A stretch of DNA of 63,282 nucleotides, the filler included, from Octopus bimaculoides (taxonomy: Eukaryota), in the NCBI RefSeq assembly GCF_001194135.2. It is 5 parts of 5 records of this genome, joined end to end, with 100 filler letters (N's around TTAATTAATTAA, not from the genome) between each part and the next. Parts side by side here need not be neighbours in the genome. Positions count along the whole stretch, not along the records: positions 1 to 16,376 come from NC_068996.1; 4 more parts are not named here. One strand, given 5' to 3'. Position numbers and translations under genes: made by a program. This document shows positions 1 through 12,631 of this stretch, piece after piece. Under the pieces are notes generated by a model. That model saw only the letters and a list, made by a program, of their open reading frames with translations. It was not told the DNA's origin and ran no database searches. Positions within the stretch are counted from its first letter, which is position 1, and each line of letters starts with the position of its first letter.

Positions 1-110
1 TTAAATAAGTACCAGTTACGCACTGGGGTCGATATAATCGACTTAATCCGTTTGTCTGTCCTTGTTTGTCCCCTCTGTGTGTAGCCTCTTGTGGGTAGTA
101 AAGAAATAAC
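1..110 (+). mobile_element. SINE family A, 3' part
   Basis: 'ttaaataagtaccagttacgcactggggtcgat..atcgacttaatccgtttgtctgtccttgtttgtcccctc' recurs at 18060-18170 and 21720-21820 in this window. Confidence 0.8.
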
Positions 111-179
111 ACATATATCAGGCTAAGTAAGAAGCAAGCAACATTTTGAAACATGAAATTCATCACAATATATTTCAAC

Positions 180-1255
180 AAAGCGGAAATTTTATTCATC
201 AAAGTAAGCACCATTATAATGAACATGTTTTTGCCAACGAGATACAAGTTTATATATTCCGGTCAGAAAAAACTCTGGAGTTCTGGAACTGATGAACTCT
301 TTGAATGCACTTTCAGCATTGGTTTGATTTTTGAACTTCCCTTGCAGGAAACCATCAAAGTGCTTGGAAAAGTGGTCGTCAGTAGGAGAAAGGTCTGGGG
401 TATAAGATGGATGGGGTAGAACTTCGTTGCCAAGTTCCCTCAACTTCTGTGGTCGACCATTGTCAAGAAGAATGATTGGCCCTTTTCTGTTGACCAGTCT
501 GGGATGGAGGAGTAGCAGTTATTCATTCATTTTAGCAATTTTATAACAGTATGCTTCTGCAGTAATGGTTTTTCCGGGTTTTAAGAAGTTGTAGCGGATG
601 AGTTCAGCAGTACACGATTAAGAGTTCACCATATCATTCTTTTTGAAGAGCTCAGATTTAAGGAAGGTTTTCGGTGCTTCATTTTGGTCCAACCACTGCG
701 AAGAACGTTTTTTTATTATTGTACAGAATCCGCTTTTCATCACAAGTAACAATATGGTTGTTGAGAAATGGATCGGTCTGGTTACGGAGAAGAAGCAATG
801 AGCAAATTTTATATATGTGCATTTTCTGATTTTCATTTAAATCGTGTGGTACCCATTTGTCGAGATTTTTTGATTTTCTGATCGCATGTAAATGGTTGCC
901 TTCAGTTTTCTGACTAACTTGAAGTTCTTTTGCTAGTTCTCGAGTGGTTTTAGGTGGATCTTTCTCAATGACGGTCTTTAATTAACCGTCAACGATGACA
1001 GATGGGTGTCCACTACGCTCACGATCTTCGCGGCTCAGGTCTTCATTGTGAAATCGTTTAAACTATTTTCGAGTTGACCAATCACTGATCATTTCCTCAC
1101 CAAACGTTCCGTTGATATTGTAAGCAGTTTCAGCTGCTTGTTAGAATATCGCACTTTGACCGTTCCGTTTCAGATGATTGTAACAACGGTGAAAAAAAAT
1201 ATCAATGTTAATTTATTGATGTATTTGGGCAAGTCTATGTCTGTATTATCAGACA
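180..1255 (-). mobile_element. Decayed mariner (D,D34D) transposon, cecropia/Hsmar1-like
   Basis: Minus-strand fragments WVPHDLNENQK, IVTCDEK and LPHPSYTPDLSPTDDHFSKHFDGFLQGK...KLVSRWQKHVHYNGAYFDE* match mariner WVPHEL and YSPDL motifs. Frameshifts are present. The 5' end abuts a LINE. Confidence 0.9.
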
Positions 1256-1284
1256 ATTGCAAAAAAATGTTTAAAAAAATTAAA

Positions 1285-2900
1285 AACTCTGCAAAATTCC
1301 GGTTCAAATCCTTCATGGTCAGAGATGCTCCCTCTCGTCGCTTCTGTACGTATTGTCCCTCGAGCCTCTACTGCGGAAGCTGGCGACGCTGAGGGGCATC
1401 CCATGAGAATTGGGATGCAGGACGAGCGTGTCCGCATACGCGGACGACGTCACCGATATAGTGTCGAGTCACGACCAGATCGAGCTTGTCGGCGAGACAC
1501 TANNNNNNNNNNNNNNNNNNNNNNNNNNNNNNNNNNNNNNNNNNNNNNNNNNNNNNNNNNNNNNNNNNNNNNNNNNNNNNNNNNNNNNNNNNNNNNNNNN
1601 NNNNNNNNNNNNNNNNNNNNNNNNNNNNNNNNNNNNNNNNNNNNNNNNNNNNNNNNNNNNNNNNNNNNNNNNNNNNNNNNNNNNNNNNNNNNNNNNNNNN
1701 NNNNNNNNNNNNNNNNNNNNNNNNNNNNNNNNNNNNNNNNNNNNNNNNNNNNNNNNNNNNNNNNNNNNNNNNNNNNNNNNNNNNNNNNNNNNNNNNNNNN
1801 NNNNNNNNNNNNNNNNNNNNNNNNNNNNNNNNNNNNNNNNNNNNNNNNNNNNNNNNNNNNNNNNNNNNNNNNNNNNNNNNNNNNNNNNNNNNNNNNNNNN
1901 NNNNNNNNNNNNNNNNNNNNNNNNNNNNNNNNNNNNNNNNNNNNNNNNNNNNNNNNNNNNNNNNNNNNNNNNNNNNNNNNNNNNNNNNNNNNNNNNNNNN
2001 NNNNNNNNNNNNNNNNNNNNNNNNNNNNNNNNNNNNNNNNNNNNNNNNNNNNNNNNNNNNNNNNNNNNNNNNNNNNNNNNNNNNNNNNNNNNNNNNNNNN
2101 NNNNNNNNNNNNNNNNNNNNNNNNNNNNNNNNNNNNNNNNNNNNNNNNNNNNNNNNNNNNNNNNNNNNNNNNNNNNNNNNNNNNNNNNNNNNNNNNNNNN
2201 NNNNNNNNNNNNNNNNNNNNNNNNNNNNNATAGGGGATTAGTGGAGGTTAAGTACGACGACGATTTCCTGGCGAACCTGTGCGTCGACGAGGAATACCTG
2301 ACCCGCCTGTTCAAGACGACTTTCGGGCCGAGACCTATGGACAACCTCCAGAGATCCCTGGCCTGGCAGTGCTATCGAGAAGCACTACCCGTTCAAGATT
2401 CGCTTTACAGGCATGGCTCGAGAAACACCAGGTCGACTTGTCTGAGATGCAGTCAGTGCGACGAAACCGTTCTGCACGCACTCGTACAGTGTCCAACCAT
2501 TTCCGACCTGTGGGCTTATGTCGAACGACTGCTATCGCGTGTGGGACGAGTCGGTTTATCAGCCGAGTCTATCGTGAACATTGCTGTACCTACTTCCTTC
2601 AAACGGGAAGAAAGAGCCAATTTCAACGTACTTGTGACTATGACGAAAGAATGTGTATGGTGGACGCGTCTGAAAGGTCTAGAGACAAACAATTTCCTCT
2701 CTGGTTAATATTTCATCAACTTCTTCAAGTATCACTTGAAAAGGAAAGTGAGAGTAGAGAGGGAAGTATTGTCGAGCAAATGTTTCAATAAAAGATGAGT
2801 GAATGTAGAAAGAGCGAGAGATACAGGTATCTTTTGATTCACGTAAAGTGATAAACGATTCTTTCAAACTTTCATTTCATATTTCAAAGAATATTCAAAA
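1285..2900 (+). mobile_element. Tx1/L1-clade LINE ORF2 remnant (RT plus C-terminal CCHC), interrupted by an N gap
   Basis: GQRCSLSSLLYVLSLEPLLRKL...VSAYADDV (RT motifs) before the gap; LAWQCYREALP...CLRCSQCDETVLHALVQC (zinc knuckle) after it. Confidence 0.88.
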
Positions 2901-2987
2901 GTAAGAGAGGCTCTGTTGATCAGCTGATAATCGAGCAACTCTGAGTATTGGAAATGGGAGCCTTTCAGTTATAATGTATTATACACG

Positions 2988-3027
<40 letters not shown>

Positions 3028-4573
3028 NNNNNNNNNNNNNNNNNNNNNNNNNNNNNNNNNNNNNNNNNNNNNNNNNNNNNNNNNNNNNNNNNNNNNNNNN
3101 NNNNNNNNNNNNNNNNNNNNNNNNNNNNNNNNNNNNNNNNNNNNNNNNNNNNNNNNNNNNNNNNNNNNNNNNNNNNNNNNNNNNNNNNNNNNNNNNNNNN
3201 NNNNNNNNNNNNNNNNNNNNNNNNNNNNNNNNNNNNNNNNNNNNNNNNNNNNNNNNNNNNNNNNNNNNNNNNNNNNNNNNNNNNNNNNNNNNNNNNNNNN
3301 NNNNNNNNNNNNNNNNNNNNNNNNNNNNNNNNNNNNNNNNNNNNNNNNNNNNNNNNNNNNNNNNNNNNNNNNNNNNNNNNNNNNNNNNNNNNNNNNNNNN
3401 NNNNNNNNNNNNNNNNNNNNNNNNNNNNNNNNNNNNNNNNNNNNNNNNNNNNNNNNNNNNNNNNNNNNNNNNNNNNNNNNNNNNNNNNNNNNNNNNNNNN
3501 NNNNNNNNNNNNNNNNNNNNNNNNNNNNNNNNNNNNNNNNNNNNNNNNNNNNNNNNNNNNNNNNNNNNNNNNNNNNNNNNNNNNNNNNNNNNNNNNNNNN
3601 NNNNNNNNNNNNNNNNNNNNNNNNNNNNNNNNNNNNNNNNNNNNNNNNNNNNNNNNNNNNNNNNNNNNNNNNNNNNNNNNNNNNNNNNNNNNNNNNNNNN
3701 NNNNNNNNNNNNNNNNNNNNNNNNNNNNNNNNNNNNNNNNNNNNNNNNNNNNNNNNNNNNNNNNNNNNNNNNNNNNNNNNNNNNNNNNNNNNNNNNNNNN
3801 NNNNNNNNNNNNNNNNNNNNNNNNNNNNNNNNNNNNNNNNNNNNNNNNNNNNNNNNNNNNNNNNNNNNNNNNNNNNNNNNNNNNNNNNNNNNNNNNNNNN
3901 NNNNNNNNNNNNNNNNNNNNNNNNNNNNNNNNNNNNNNNNNNNNNNNNNNNNNNNNNNNNNNNNNNNNNNNNNNNNNNNNNNNNNNNNNNNNNNNNNNNN
4001 NNNNNNNNTATATATATATATAATGTCTTGGCGGGTATTAAGAAAGCGTGAAATAGTATTTTAACTCAGTACAATATCTGAAAAAAGAAAAATTAGTGGG
4101 TGACATAATTGAACAACGTGCATTCTAAGTTTTTATTGTTGCTATCGTTGCTTTAGTTGTTTAAGACCATGTCAGTCCAGTCTGCGTAAACCAATAATCA
4201 AGAACAAGACGTTAAGTATAAAGCTACCGTTTTATCGGAAGGCAAATGCTGTCAAATAAATCACACCCTTATTTCAGAATTTATATCCAAAGACGCTGTC
4301 GCTCACAAAGAAATACAATACTTAGAAGAAAAAACATACCCACTTAAGACATCGTTGTTGTCATCATGTATTGAACGCCTGCAGAGTACAGATGATACTA
4401 CAATGAGAATCTTTCGAATTAAGCCTGAGTTCTCCATCTGCCTTGCACTTTTTTCCCACCAACTCTTGGTATTGCATTCTTTGCCTGCATTCTTTGCCTG
4501 CCTCTTGATCTACTGCCTCGTCTCTTCCTACCATGACAATCCTTTCCAGACTTCTGTTTCATCAAATATACTC

Positions 4574-4884
4574 TTCTACTCTAGGCAAAAGACCTGAAAT
4601 TTATCGGTTGGAGACCAGTCGATTAGATCGACTCCAGTATGCAACTGTTACTTAGGTTATCGACCCCGAAAGGATGAAAGGCAAAGTCGACCTCGGCGGA
4701 ATTTGAACTCAGAACTGTAAGACAGACGAAATAGCGCTAAGCATTTCGTCTGGTGTGCTAACGTTTCTACCAGCTTGCCACCTTAATGATTTTTTCTACT
4801 CTAGGCACAAGGCTCGAAATTTTTAGGAAGGAGGCCTGTCGATTAGATCGACCCTAGTACGCAACTGGTACTTAATTTATCGAT
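4574..4884 (-). mobile_element. SINE family A, one full and one partial copy nested in the RTE
   Basis: Reverse complement of the family A consensus: 'gaccccgaaaggatgaaaggcaaagtcgacctcggcggaatttgaactcagaac'. Confidence 0.85.
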
Positions 4885-5195
4885 GCTTCATCAAATATTG
4901 CCATACTAGATGAAAAGGTAAAGTTAATAAGCACATCAATATGGCTATTCGATGTTACTAACGTTTTAGCTTTACTTATCCGTATAGCGACTAACTTTAT
5001 TTGTCAGTATAGTTACTACTCTCATCTCTTAGTGAGATTTTATAAGCTGAACTTTAGCCTTTTCACTGTTCAGGAGTTGTCGCATTTTACCTGCATTTTA
5101 CACATTCATTTGTCTAATGATCCTTGTAAGAGACTCGTAACATTATCCAATATACCCACATTTCGATCGCATTGATTATGTTCTCTTCAAATTTC

Positions 5196-6012
5196 TTCAG
5201 AGCTCATGCTCATTGCCCAGAGCTCATGCTCATTGCCCAGAGCTCATGCTTATTGCTCAGAGCTCATGCTTATTGCTCAGAACTCATGCTTAATGTTCAG
5301 TGCCCATGCTTATTGTTCAGAGCCCATACTTATTGTTCGGTGTTCACTCTTATTGTTTGAGCCCATGCTTATTGTTCAGAACCCAAGCTTATTTTCAGAT
5401 TTCATGCTTGTTGTTCACAGTTCATGCTTATTTTTCAGAGCCCATGTTTATTGTTCGTGTTCATGCTTATAGTTTGAGCCCATTCCTATTGTTCAGAACC
5501 CATGCTTATTGTCTAGCATTCATCCCTATTGTTCAGAGCTCATGCTTATTGTTCAGAGCCCATGCTTATTGTTCAGAGTCCATGCCTATTGTTTGAACCC
5601 ATTCTTATAGTTCAGAGCCAATGCTTATTGTTTGAGCTTATGCCTATTTTTTGAGCCCATGCTTATTGTTCAGAGTCCATGCCTATTGTTTGAACCCATT
5701 CTTATAGTTCAGAGCCAATGATTATTGTTTGAGCTTATGCCTATTGTTTGAGCCCATGCTTATTGTTCAGAGCCAATGCTTATCGTTCAGTCCATACTTA
5801 TTATTTGAGCCCATGATTATTGTTTGAGCCATGATTATTGCTCAGAGCCCATAAATGCCTATAGGCCAAACGAACCCATGCTTGCTGTTTGAGCACATGC
5901 CTATTATTTGAGCTCATACTTATTGTTCAGAGTCCTTGCTTATTGTCCAGAGCTCATGCTTATTGCTCAGAGTCCATGCTTAATGTTTGAGCCATGGTTA
6001 TTGCTCAGAGCC
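5196..6012. repeat. Minisatellite, ~19-21 bp unit (gcYcatgcttattgttcaga), about 40 copies
   Basis: Directly visible tandem degenerate units with no unique spacers. 'cccataaatgcctataggccaaacga' occurs twice (~5849, ~6010). Confidence 0.95.
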
Positions 6013-6552
6013 CATAAATGCCTATAGGCCAAACGAGCACTCACAATAGTCTTCTTCATAATTTAGGACACTTTTGCTGCTCCAGATGTAATTAAGTTTT
6101 TTTATGGTCATTCTTGCCATGGTTAACCTTGTCCTAATTTCTTTCATATATGTGGGTTCGTCAGGCTCCAACATACTTGTAGAATTCAACCGGTTCGAGC
6201 CCCTCACTGCTTTGTTTGATGTTAACGTTTACCCACCCTTTTCCTTCTACCTTGACTTTTATTTTCTTATGGTTGAGATAAAAGATAATGCACATTTGTC
6301 ACATTCTCGACCCAGTCATTTCTTGTAGTTCAGCTTCAAACTTGGCAAGTAGAACGGTATCGTTTGCATACCTTGGATTAGAAATATGCAAGCCATGTAT
6401 CGTAAAGCCATTTTTTACCTGTATAGCTAACCGCATTATCTACACAGTGTAAATGTTGAACAAGCATGGAGAAAGAATATAGCCCTGACAAACTCCTTTC
6501 CCAGTTTTGACCTTTTCTGTGTTGTAATTATTTCAAGCTCTCAGAAAGGCTT

Positions 6553-6722
6553 AGCGGTATTTCGTCTGTTGCTACGTTAAGTTCAAATTCCGACGAGGTC
6601 GACTTTGTCTTTCATTCTTTCGGGTTCGATTAAATAAGTACCAGTTACGCACTGGGGTCGATGTAATTGACTTAATTCCTTCCCTCAAATTTCAGACCTT
6701 GTGTCTACAGTAGGAAGGATTA
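6553..6722 (+). mobile_element. SINE family A fragment
   Basis: 'gcttagcggtatttcgtctg...ttcaaattccgacgaggtcgactttg...cactggggtcgat'. Confidence 0.8.
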
Positions 6723-8454
6723 TTTATTCCAATGCAGGACTCTTGCTGAATGTAAAGCTGCTTGATGAGATACCTAAAGAGATGTTTCGGAATGTCGATA
6801 TGTTGTGACACATGCGGCTATAGTTTTCACTGTCAAAGCCTTTCTGTAGTCGATGTAGTAAAGAAAAGCTGTAAGGTTGTGTGCCCTTGTATATTGTTGT
6901 TTCTAAAATTCTGCGGAAATTGTGTAGATGATCTCTTGTGTCACGTCCACTTCTAAAGCTAGCCTGTTCTTCAGCTATTTCTTTTTCCAGGGACGGCTTC
7001 AAAGGTTCCAGGTTGATGATGAAAAGTACTTTAATTTCATGTGATTTCAGAGTGATTGCCCGATAATTTTCATACGTAAGTAGTCCCCTCTAACCTCTGT
7101 AACTGAGTACATATTCTGCTGCACACTGGTCTGACGGTCACTCATCCTCCCTCCAAGATATATAGATCCATCAATCGAGCTGTTTAAACATTCCTCATCG
7201 TCAAAACCGTTCTTAGTTAATCTTAACTGAGTTCATTCGGTTGCATGCATCTGATACCCTAATCTTTCTCGTCCACATTGTGCCAGTGATATTTCTGAGG
7301 TCATTAAACTGATGATTGAGCAACTGAGTATCTGGCGGGAAATAATTTTGGCTTATAAAACCGATGCGCAGCCAGAGCCCATTGGAAACTGCCTCATCTC
7401 ACCGAGTTGATGATTAAAACAATCACTTTACGAGATGAGGTTTCGAATCCAAACCCACAGCCCTGCATTAAGACAGCCGCAAGACGTCTAAAGCTTCATG
7501 AGAGAAATTCGATCGTCGGAAATCGTGAGAAAGTCTGTCGTTTGTATGAATGTGGACATGTATTTTATTGAGAGCAATCTCTTAAAGAATGCACTCTTGG
7601 TTCCCTATCTCTACAGTTCTTCAAAGCTGCATAAAGATTGTGACTGCATTTAATTCAAATAGAAAAAAACAACTTAAAAAACTGATTAGTCGAAAGGCAT
7701 CTGGCCTCCGATTTTTATTAATGACCATGGATGAAGGTCCTGATGGTCCATTATAGGATGTCTGGCAGAGTCCAAGTACTACGGTATGTTGCGTGTCTCC
7801 ACTCCGCACGCCACTGATGGATCTAGTGGAACGGGTCAATCGTTACAATTAGGCCCCAGCGTTGTCGCAGAAATTACCAGAACTGCTTCAGGGATTCCGT
7901 CTCTCGATTTTTCCTCAGGATTTTTCTACCTTCAGAAGGGTTCCCCCTTCCCTAACGATCTCCATTTGCCCTTCAGACTTGACTGGGAGGTTGACAGGTG
8001 CTGCTACACTGGGGTCAAAGTAGACCCTGGAACAATTTGAGGCTAAGAAGCAATTCAACACTCCACAAAACCCTGGAACACACGAACCGTAGTCTCACAA
8101 CTGGATGAGGTTTAGAGATATAGGCAGGATAACTGGAAGGACGAATGTAAGTAAATGAGATCAATAGAGAGAGTGGAGGGATGGGAAGGATGTTCAATAG
8201 GAACAGGATGAAAGAGAACGCGAAGGCTTAGAAATGCGTGTTGAAGAGGGAGAATGAGCAAGATAAATAACAATATAGAAAATTTAATTTGTATTTCTTT
8301 CAACACACGTATCCACATCAAGAACCTTGCACACGAAATACACATACGAAATATAGAAAAAGTCTATTGCAAACGTCAATGAAAACGCTTAAAATACAAT
8401 GCGATTTAGATAAACAAATTCCGATTTTAATTAGCTGTTGTACATAGTATATCT

Positions 8455-8825
8455 GGAGGCGCAATGGCCAAGTGGTTAGGGCAGCGGACTCGCGGTCATA
8501 GGATCGCGGCTTCGATTCCCAGACCGGGCGTTGTGAGAGGATTTATTGAGCGAAAACACCTAAAAGCTCCACAAGGCTCCGGCAGGGGATGGTGGCGAAT
8601 CCTGCTGTACTCTTTCACCACAGCTTTCCTGTTTCTGTTGTGCCTGTAATTCAAAGGGCCAGCCTTGTCACACTGTGTCACGCTGAATATCCCCGAGAAC
8701 TATGTTAAGGGTACACATGTCTGTGGAGTGCTCAGCTACTTGCACGTTAATTTCACGAGCAGGCTGTTCTGTCAATCGGATCAACTGGAACCCTCAACGT
8801 CGTAAGTGACGGAGTGCCAACAAAA
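8455..8825 (+). mobile_element. tRNA-derived SINE family D
   Basis: Pol III A-box-like TGGCCAAGTGG and B-box-like GCTTCGATTCC, followed by a ~300-bp non-tRNA body. A near-identical copy lies at 54092-54475. Confidence 0.85.
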
Positions 8826-8898
8826 ACAATAGTATATGCATATAACATTCGAACGAACAAAAAGAATCTCTAGTAGCGTTATTCATACACTACAGTTT

Positions 8899-9259
8899 AA
8901 GCCAAGCATTCTCAGCCATTTTTATTTTATCTATGGACTCCTTTGGTTACAATTTTATTCTGGTGCCCCGCCCTTCATAGCCATTCGATGTTTAAAAGCT
9001 AGTTTTATAGAAACTTCTTTCAAAATTCTTGCTTTGTTTTTCACGCATTCCCTTGTGTAGTCGAAACTCTGTAAAATGTTAGAGAAAGAAATCTAGTTGT
9101 TTTTTGCAATACATACCAATACATACATCTAAAGCAAAATGTTTTCAAGGGCCTTTAAAATACTATTGTGGATCTTCAATTTACTGTTTTGCAATGTGAA
9201 CCACCAAAATCTTAAATGGATCCACAGGGATTATACGGACCCCGGTTGAGAACAGCTGG
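8899..9259. mobile_element. Possible hAT-like MITE (related copy ~41790-42035)
   Basis: Right end ggttgagaacagctg resembles hAT-type TIRs (CAGTGGTTCTCAACC). It shares 'catagcc..tcgatgtttaaaa' with the 41.8 kb segment. The left TIR is degenerate. Confidence 0.3.
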
Positions 9260-9382
9260 ACAGTCAGAAAAAATATCATTACTATTTAATTTTGAATTAA
9301 TATTACTTTTTTTAATGTTATTAATGACTATTTAATTTGTATTTAACTAAAAAGAAAAGACTGCTAATATTTTAGCTTACTG

Positions 9383-9850
9383 AGGCGGTGAACTGGAAGA
9401 AACGTTCAATACGCTGGGCGAAATGCTTAGCTGTATTTCGTCTGTCTTTACGTTCTGAGTTCAAATTCCACCGAGGGCGATTTTGCCTTTCATCCTTTCG
9501 GGGTTGATAAATTAACTACCAGTTACGTACAGGGGTCGATCTAATCGACTGGCCCCCTTCCCCAAATTTCGGGCCTTGTGCCTAGAGTAGAAAAGAATAT
9601 TATAATTTAATTATTTGCACAAAGCGGCGAGCTGGCAGAAACGTTAGCACACCGGGCGAAATGCTTAACTGTATTTTGTCTGTCTTTACGTTCTGAGTTC
9701 AGATTCTGGCGAGATCGACTTTGCCTTTCATCCTTTCGGGTTCGATAAATTAAATACCAATTGAGTACTTGGGTCGATCTAATCGACTGGTTCTCCCACC
9801 CACCCCGCAAAAAAATTTCGGGCCTTGTTCCTAAAGAAGAAAAGAATATT
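9383..9850 (+). mobile_element. Two tandem SINE family A copies
   Basis: Heads 'ggcggtgaactggaagaa' (9383) and 'gcggcgagctggcagaa' (9625), each with the full body. Confidence 0.85.
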
Positions 9851-10117
9851 CTCGTTTGCTTTTTACACTTTTCGTTCTTACTCCAGTTTAATTTATTTCT
9901 TTTTCACTCTAATCCCTCAATGAGTAAACCAATATTCTTAGCAACATAAGGACGATTTAAATATTATGCTATAGTTTAGAAATATGTATAATTCAGAGGT
10001 TTAGCAGAGTTCTTTAGATCTACGTGTTCTTCATTATGACGATAGAAAGTGATTTGAGGCAAACTTAACTGTTATTTCTAGGAGATCGAATGACCACATA
10101 GAGGCTTCCAGAGTTAT

Positions 10118-10321
10118 TCTGTTTCAGTCATTTGACTGCGGCGTTGTTGAAGCACCGTCTTTAGTCGAACTAATCGACCACCCAGGAATCATTCTTTGTA
10201 AGCCTAGTACTTATTCTATCGGCCTCTTTTACCAAACCGCTAAGTTACGAGGACAAGGACAGAAACACACCAACATCGGTTGTCAAGCGATGTTCGAGGT
10301 GACAAACACAGATACACACAC

Positions 10322-10356
<35 letters not shown>

Positions 10357-10518
10357 TATATACACGATGGGTTTCTTTCAGTTTCCGTCCATCAAATCCA
10401 CTCACAAGGCTTTGATCAGCTCGAGGCAATAGTAGAAAACACTTGGCCAAGGTGCTACGCAGTGGGACTGAACTCGGAGCCATGTGGCTGGGAAGCAAAG
10501 CTTTATACCACATAGCTA
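10118..10518 (-). mobile_element. SINE family B (central microsatellite)
   Basis: Reverse complement of the 12632-13088 element: 'aaatccactcacaaggctttgatc..ccaaggtgctacgcagtgggactgaac'. Confidence 0.85.
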
Positions 10519-11146
10519 CAAAAAAAAAACTGCAAAGAGAAGCAAATCATATGCACGCGTGCGCGCGTTTCGAGAGAAGGACATGAGAATGAATGACATC
10601 GATGACATGTGAGAAAGGAAGGAGGAATTTTGAAAGTAACAGCAGTCAAACGAAACGAAACGAAACAGTAAAGGATTATAAAGCAACAAAACAAAAAATG
10701 CAAAAAAAAAAAAGGAAAAAAAAAAGCAAGATGAGAAATTAAGAAATAAATGGTAAAAGGAAAGACGATGTAGGCGGAGTGTGTCGAAAGCTATGGAGAG
10801 ATAAACTGACAAAGTTAGTAAAATGTGATACGGTGGCACAATGGGTTGTTTTGTTTGTTTGTTTAAATAACCACTGGTGTTAATTGTCGTATGGTGAAAA
10901 ATATGTCCGTCAATCTATCATAACTTGAACTCCTTTACAATGGGTAGATTATGGTGAAATAGAGTAAGATATGGTGCTCAGTTTAAAGGTGTCAGAAGAC
11001 TGCGCAGGCGTGAATGGACATATGGACGATTGTGTGACACTGTTTCTACATATACATACAAATACACACACGCTCACACACACACGCGCGTGAGCATACA
11101 CACATGCACACATGCGTACAAACATATTTACAAACGTACATATATA

Positions 11147-11366
11147 CGAGAGAGTACTGAGAAGTTCCTGGTTTTAGGTAAAAGAAAATACAGGATGATC
11201 AGTTAATTACGATTTTATTCAACATATTCCTCTTCTCAAATTCACACACTTATCGCAGTAGTCCTTCAGTTTTTCTAAACCCTGTGAAAGAACTCGGAAG
11301 TTTGGACCTCCAGCCAGGTCATTTGAGATATATTCTTAAAGCCAGGAACTTTTAAGCATCACTTCA
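11147..11366. mobile_element. Tc1/mariner-type MITE, copy 1
   Basis: TIRs cgagagagtactgagaagttcctgg and ccaggaacttttaagcatcacttca, flanked by TA. Homologous to 11827-12048. Confidence 0.75.
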
Positions 11367-11826
11367 TATATATATATATATATAATTTAAGAGTTCCAAC
11401 TCTGTCTGTTTTTTTTTTATGTTTTATTTATATTCTTATAAAATTAATGTGGGATATAGAATATGGAATATATAATATAAATAGTAAAATGAAATGAAGT
11501 ATTGAATGTCTTATTGAATATATGAAATATTGAGTATTAAATATAGAGTATTAAATATATAAGGACTAGTATACTTTCCCGCCTCATGGCAGTCATCAAG
11601 GTCTGACAGATGTAAATATATATATGCACGTATATGTATGTATCTATCTATCTCTATCTATCTGTCTATTTGTGTATCTATCTATCTATCTATCTATCTA
11701 TATGTATATATATAAATATATATATGTTTATATATATATATATATAAATATACATGCATGCATACATACATACATACATACATACATACATACATACATA
11801 CATACATACATAAACACACACATATA

Positions 11827-12048
11827 CAGGGGCAGGTATTGAAAAAGTTCCTGACTTTGGGTAAAAGAAAATACTGGAGGATCAGTTAATTATGATTTCA
11901 TTCAAAATATTCCCCTCTCAGATTCATACACTTATTGCTGTGATCCTTCAGTTTTTCTAAGCCCTTTAAAAAAATTCGGAAGCCTGAACCACCAATCAGG
12001 CCTTTCGCGAAACCCTTAAAGCCAGGAACTTTTTAGCACTTCTCCGTG
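11827..12048. mobile_element. Tc1/mariner-type MITE, copy 2
   Basis: TIRs ggtattgaaaaagttcctg and ccaggaactttttagcac. The internal sequence is colinear with copy 1. Confidence 0.75.
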
Positions 12049-12108
12049 TATGTATGTATGTATGTATGTATGTATGTATGTATGTATGTATGTATGTATG
12101 CCAGTAAA

Positions 12109-12237
12109 GGTTTTGGTTGCCAATTCTGTGCAAGACATTGTAGATCTTTGGCTGGGCTAAAAAGTCACATTCGATCACAGCACCGTTAAGATTCGTGCAA
12201 TGACCATATTTGATAACGAGGGGCAGCCATCATCATG
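12109..12237 (+). mobile_element. 3'-terminal RTE LINE fragment with a single C2H2 motif
   Basis: GFGCQFCARHCRSLAGLKSHIRSQHR* (CX2CX12HX4H), then a short UTR 'gataacgagggcagcc' and an (atc)n tail. There is no second finger or TGEKP linker. Confidence 0.55.
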
Positions 12238-12631
12238 TATGTATGTATGTATGTATGTATGTGCGCATTGGAGTATTTGGTGGCTACCTCCTTCAAACGT
12301 AAATCATCAAAGTGCAATCGCATGTATTGATTTACGGATATTTATGCATGTTGCATCTATTTCTTAAAATATATATTTAAGCTTTTTGCAGAATTGGAAC
12401 ACTGTGTTAACAAAGTCTCAAAAAGGTTGTGTTCGAGTCAAGACATTTCCATACTTTCATGACTTATGTGTATGAGCGAATATTTGTATTAAGGTTGATG
12501 TGTATATGTGTGTGCGTGTGTATACACTTGCATTTATGCAATGGCTATTAGTGTCTCTTTTTAACAAACACACACAAATGTGTGTGATTACTTTTTATGA
12601 GTGTGTTTATGTTTTTGTGTGGTAAGAAGCT

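Larger units (their letters stand above)
4400..7100 (-). mobile_element. RTE-clade LINE ORF remnant, split by SINEs and a minisatellite
   Basis: Colinear minus-strand pieces: NYRAITL..KPSLEKEIAEEQASFRSGRDTRDH (6.8-7.1 kb); GKGVCQGYILSPCLFNIY (6.45-6.5 kb); KEIRTRLTMAR..KKLNYIWSSK (6.05-6.17 kb); LKKFEENIINAIEMWVYWIMLRVS (5.1-5.2 kb); RGSRSRGRQRM (4.45-4.55 kb). Confidence 0.85.

Noticed and set aside
5196-6012. CRISPR-like regular repeat array
   Set aside because: Units are contiguous and degenerate with no unique spacers, there are no cas genes, and the context is eukaryotic.
7700-8110. GC-richer segment possibly a LINE 5' UTR with an HDV-like ribozyme
   Set aside because: I could not build the nested double pseudoknot by eye, and the family assignment is uncertain. 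It needs a covariance-model search.
8457-8535. tRNA gene (also 54094-54170)
   Set aside because: A/B boxes are present, but I could not form a convincing cloverleaf, and the head continues into a multicopy SINE body.
12109-12189. C2H2 zinc-finger gene fragment
   Set aside because: It is a single finger with no linker or acceptor, followed by a stop, a short UTR and an (atc)n tail, which fits an RTE LINE 3' end.
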